Positions 62,356-64,000 of a stretch of 64,000 nt of DNA are shown here, in pieces. The DNA comes from Azolla caroliniana. Its lineage: Eukaryota; Plantae; Polypodiophyta. Made by a program: the position numbers and the translations under genes. Each line of letters begins with the position of its first letter. Positions within the stretch are counted from its first letter, which is position 1. The notes below the pieces were generated by a model that was given only the letters and a program-made list of their open reading frames with translations, had not been told where the DNA came from and did not search any database. The stretch spans positions 15,190,001-15,254,000 of the forward strand of contig JBHGNT010000013.1 in NCBI GenBank assembly GCA_043228905.1, written 5' to 3'.

Positions 62356-64000
62356 AGATCACCACATGGAATGTGGGGGGATTGTGTTCTAGATTTAGAA
62401 TGCATGAGGTTTGGAGGATTGTTTTAAGTGAGCAATGGGATGTTTTATGTGCAGTAGAGCATAAAGATCATCGGAATGCTGGTTTAATTAGTCATTCTAA
62501 GGGTTATACATTATGTTATGCCGGCAAGGTTCATGGGGATTATTCTGGGATTGTCATGTTTATAAGAGATAAATTTCACCCAAAAGTAATTGTTTCAGAT
62601 GAATTTGGAAGATTTATTGTGGTAGAGATATGTTATGAAGGGCAAGCTATTTGGTTAGTTGGTGTGTATGCATCAAATGTTTCACAAGAACGAAAGTTGT
62701 TATGGAGATCTCTAAACTCAGTGCTTCATAATGGTAGACCGGGTTTATTGATGGGAGATTTTAATGTTTGTTGTGAGACAGATCAAACAACATCTATCCA
62801 CTCTATTATGGATGGACCAGAGGCTCAAGAATGGGGAGATTTTGAGACTGAAGTCATGTTAAGGGATGTATGGAAATGGATCAAGGGAGATGAACCTGGT
62901 TATACCTTTCAATCGGCTCAATATAAGGATACTTGGAGTAGGTTGGATCGAATGTATGTAATACATATCGAAGGTTTTTTACTAGAGATTTTGGATATTT
63001 CAGTGTCTTATGGGTCAATTATATCAGATCATTTCCCATTAATTTTTGAGTTCAATCACCACTCAATTAGAGGTTTTCATGAGTTTTTAGTAAAACCACC
63101 GTTGATTTTTAATTCATCATTTTTGGATCATGAGGTCTTCCATGCCTATATGTGTCAATTGATTGATGCATTTGCCTATCGTGTTCAATTTGATGGGTAT
63201 GAAGCGTGGGAAGTATTTGTTGCAAATGTTCAGAGGTTAACTAGATATTATGGAATTCACCATGCTTTTAAAAGGAGAAAGAAATTAAGTCTCCTAGTTA
63301 ATTTGCTTGATAAATGCAACTCATTGTTAACTTATTGGCCAACGGATGTAGAGTTGATGGGATATCAAGAGGTATTAATTTCTGCGATGCATGACCTAAC
63401 GACAAAAAATTATGAACATGCTAGACTACATCGTCTAAGACAAGAAGTGGATGATGCTAATTGTCAATCACATAAGTTTTTCCATGACCTTCATGAATCA
63501 CATGCACGACATAATGTGGTAAGGTTAGAGGAAAATGGTATCATGTGTTCCGATCCTCAAGAAATTGTGAAGAAATGCATAGAATATTATACACAATTGT
63601 TGGATGTACAAGAGTGTATCGATGATAATGTTAAAAAGGATAGAGATGTATTTTTTAATGGAGTGAAAAATCATGTATCGCATGATGTGGCACAATCATT
63701 AGATGCTAATATTTTAGAGGATGAGGTGGAACATGTCATGTCACATCTTGCTAATGATAAGAGTCCTGGGTGGGATGGATTAACTCATGAACTCTTTAAG
63801 AAATATGTGATTAAGTTAAAGGGGCCTTTTACGATTTTATTTCAGAAGGTGTGGACATCAAGGGAAATGCCTCATTCTTGGAAGATTGGTTTGATCAAGC
63901 TTTTGCCGAAGGTGCCTTCTCCATCTTCCTTTGCTCAATGGAGACCTATTTCATTGATGGGGGGAATGTACAAGATTTTTGCAAAAGTGATGGCCAATAG
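62352..64000 (+). CDS. LINE ORF2 (APE endonuclease + reverse transcriptase N-terminus), 3'-partial
   Basis: MKITTWNVGGL..GVYAS..LMGDFN..YTF..WSRLDRMY..SDHFP..KSPGWDG..WRPISLMGGMYKIFAKVMAN; no stop seen to the window end. Confidence 0.9.
   Translation, partial: MKITTWNVGGLCSRFRMHEVWRIVLSEQWDVLCAVEHKDHRNAGLISHSKGYTLCYAGKVHGDYSGIVMFIRDKFHPKVIVSDEFGRFIVVEICYEGQAIWLVGVYASNVSQERKLLWRSLNSVLHNGRPGLLMGDFNVCCETDQTTSIHSIMDGPEAQEWGDFETEVMLRDVWKWIKGDEPGYTFQSAQYKDTWSRLDRMYVIHIEGFLLEILDISVSYGSIISDHFPLIFEFNHHSIRGFHEFLVKPPLIFNSSFLDHEVFHAYMCQLIDAFAYRVQFDGYEAWEVFVANVQRLTRYYGIHHAFKRRKKLSLLVNLLDKCNSLLTYWPTDVELMGYQEVLISAMHDLTTKNYEHARLHRLRQEVDDANCQSHKFFHDLHESHARHNVVRLEENGIMCSDPQEIVKKCIEYYTQLLDVQECIDDNVKKDRDVFFNGVKNHVSHDVAQSLDANILEDEVEHVMSHLANDKSPGWDGLTHELFKKYVIKLKGPFTILFQKVWTSREMPHSWKIGLIKLLPKVPSPSSFAQWRPISLMGGMYKIFAKVMAN

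Larger units (their letters stand above)
60944..64000 (+). mobile_element. L1-clade LINE, 5' part (runs off window)
   Basis: ORF1 with CCHC knuckle followed by ORF2 with APE endonuclease and start of RT; 5' boundary may extend upstream. Confidence 0.93.

Overview
Eukaryotic land-plant genomic DNA, AT-rich with GT-AG introns. A non-seed plant such as a fern is my guess from TE style and gene architecture, not proven. Six intron-containing host genes, all on the minus strand, could be spliced by hand: UTP23 (372-2965), VPS8 (5329-19157, 17 exons, ~1958 aa), a Ser-rich DPF-motif/TPR protein (21559-24321), a zf-4CXXC_R1/CDCA7-like protein (26317-29363), the PRP22/DEAH5 splicing helicase (31334-35286) and a PRONE-domain RopGEF (48419-53190). 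Between PRP22 and RopGEF a Ty1/copia element (36669-42830) is nested in the 3' LTR of an older one (36164-47343, TSD TGGTT); both are defective. The right end is a TE graveyard: solo LTR, gag-like remnant, copia 3' end, two convergent tRNA-like heads and an L1-like LINE whose ORF2 runs off the window. Decayed LINE pieces, two related MITEs and many short local duplications lie in introns and promoters. I found no convincing new multi-gene system. The best leads are the endocytic-motif TPR protein, the atypical CDCA7 zinc finger, a RopGEF apparently lacking its C-terminal tail with a perfect hairpin just upstream, and the convergent Pol III-type heads next to the LINE.
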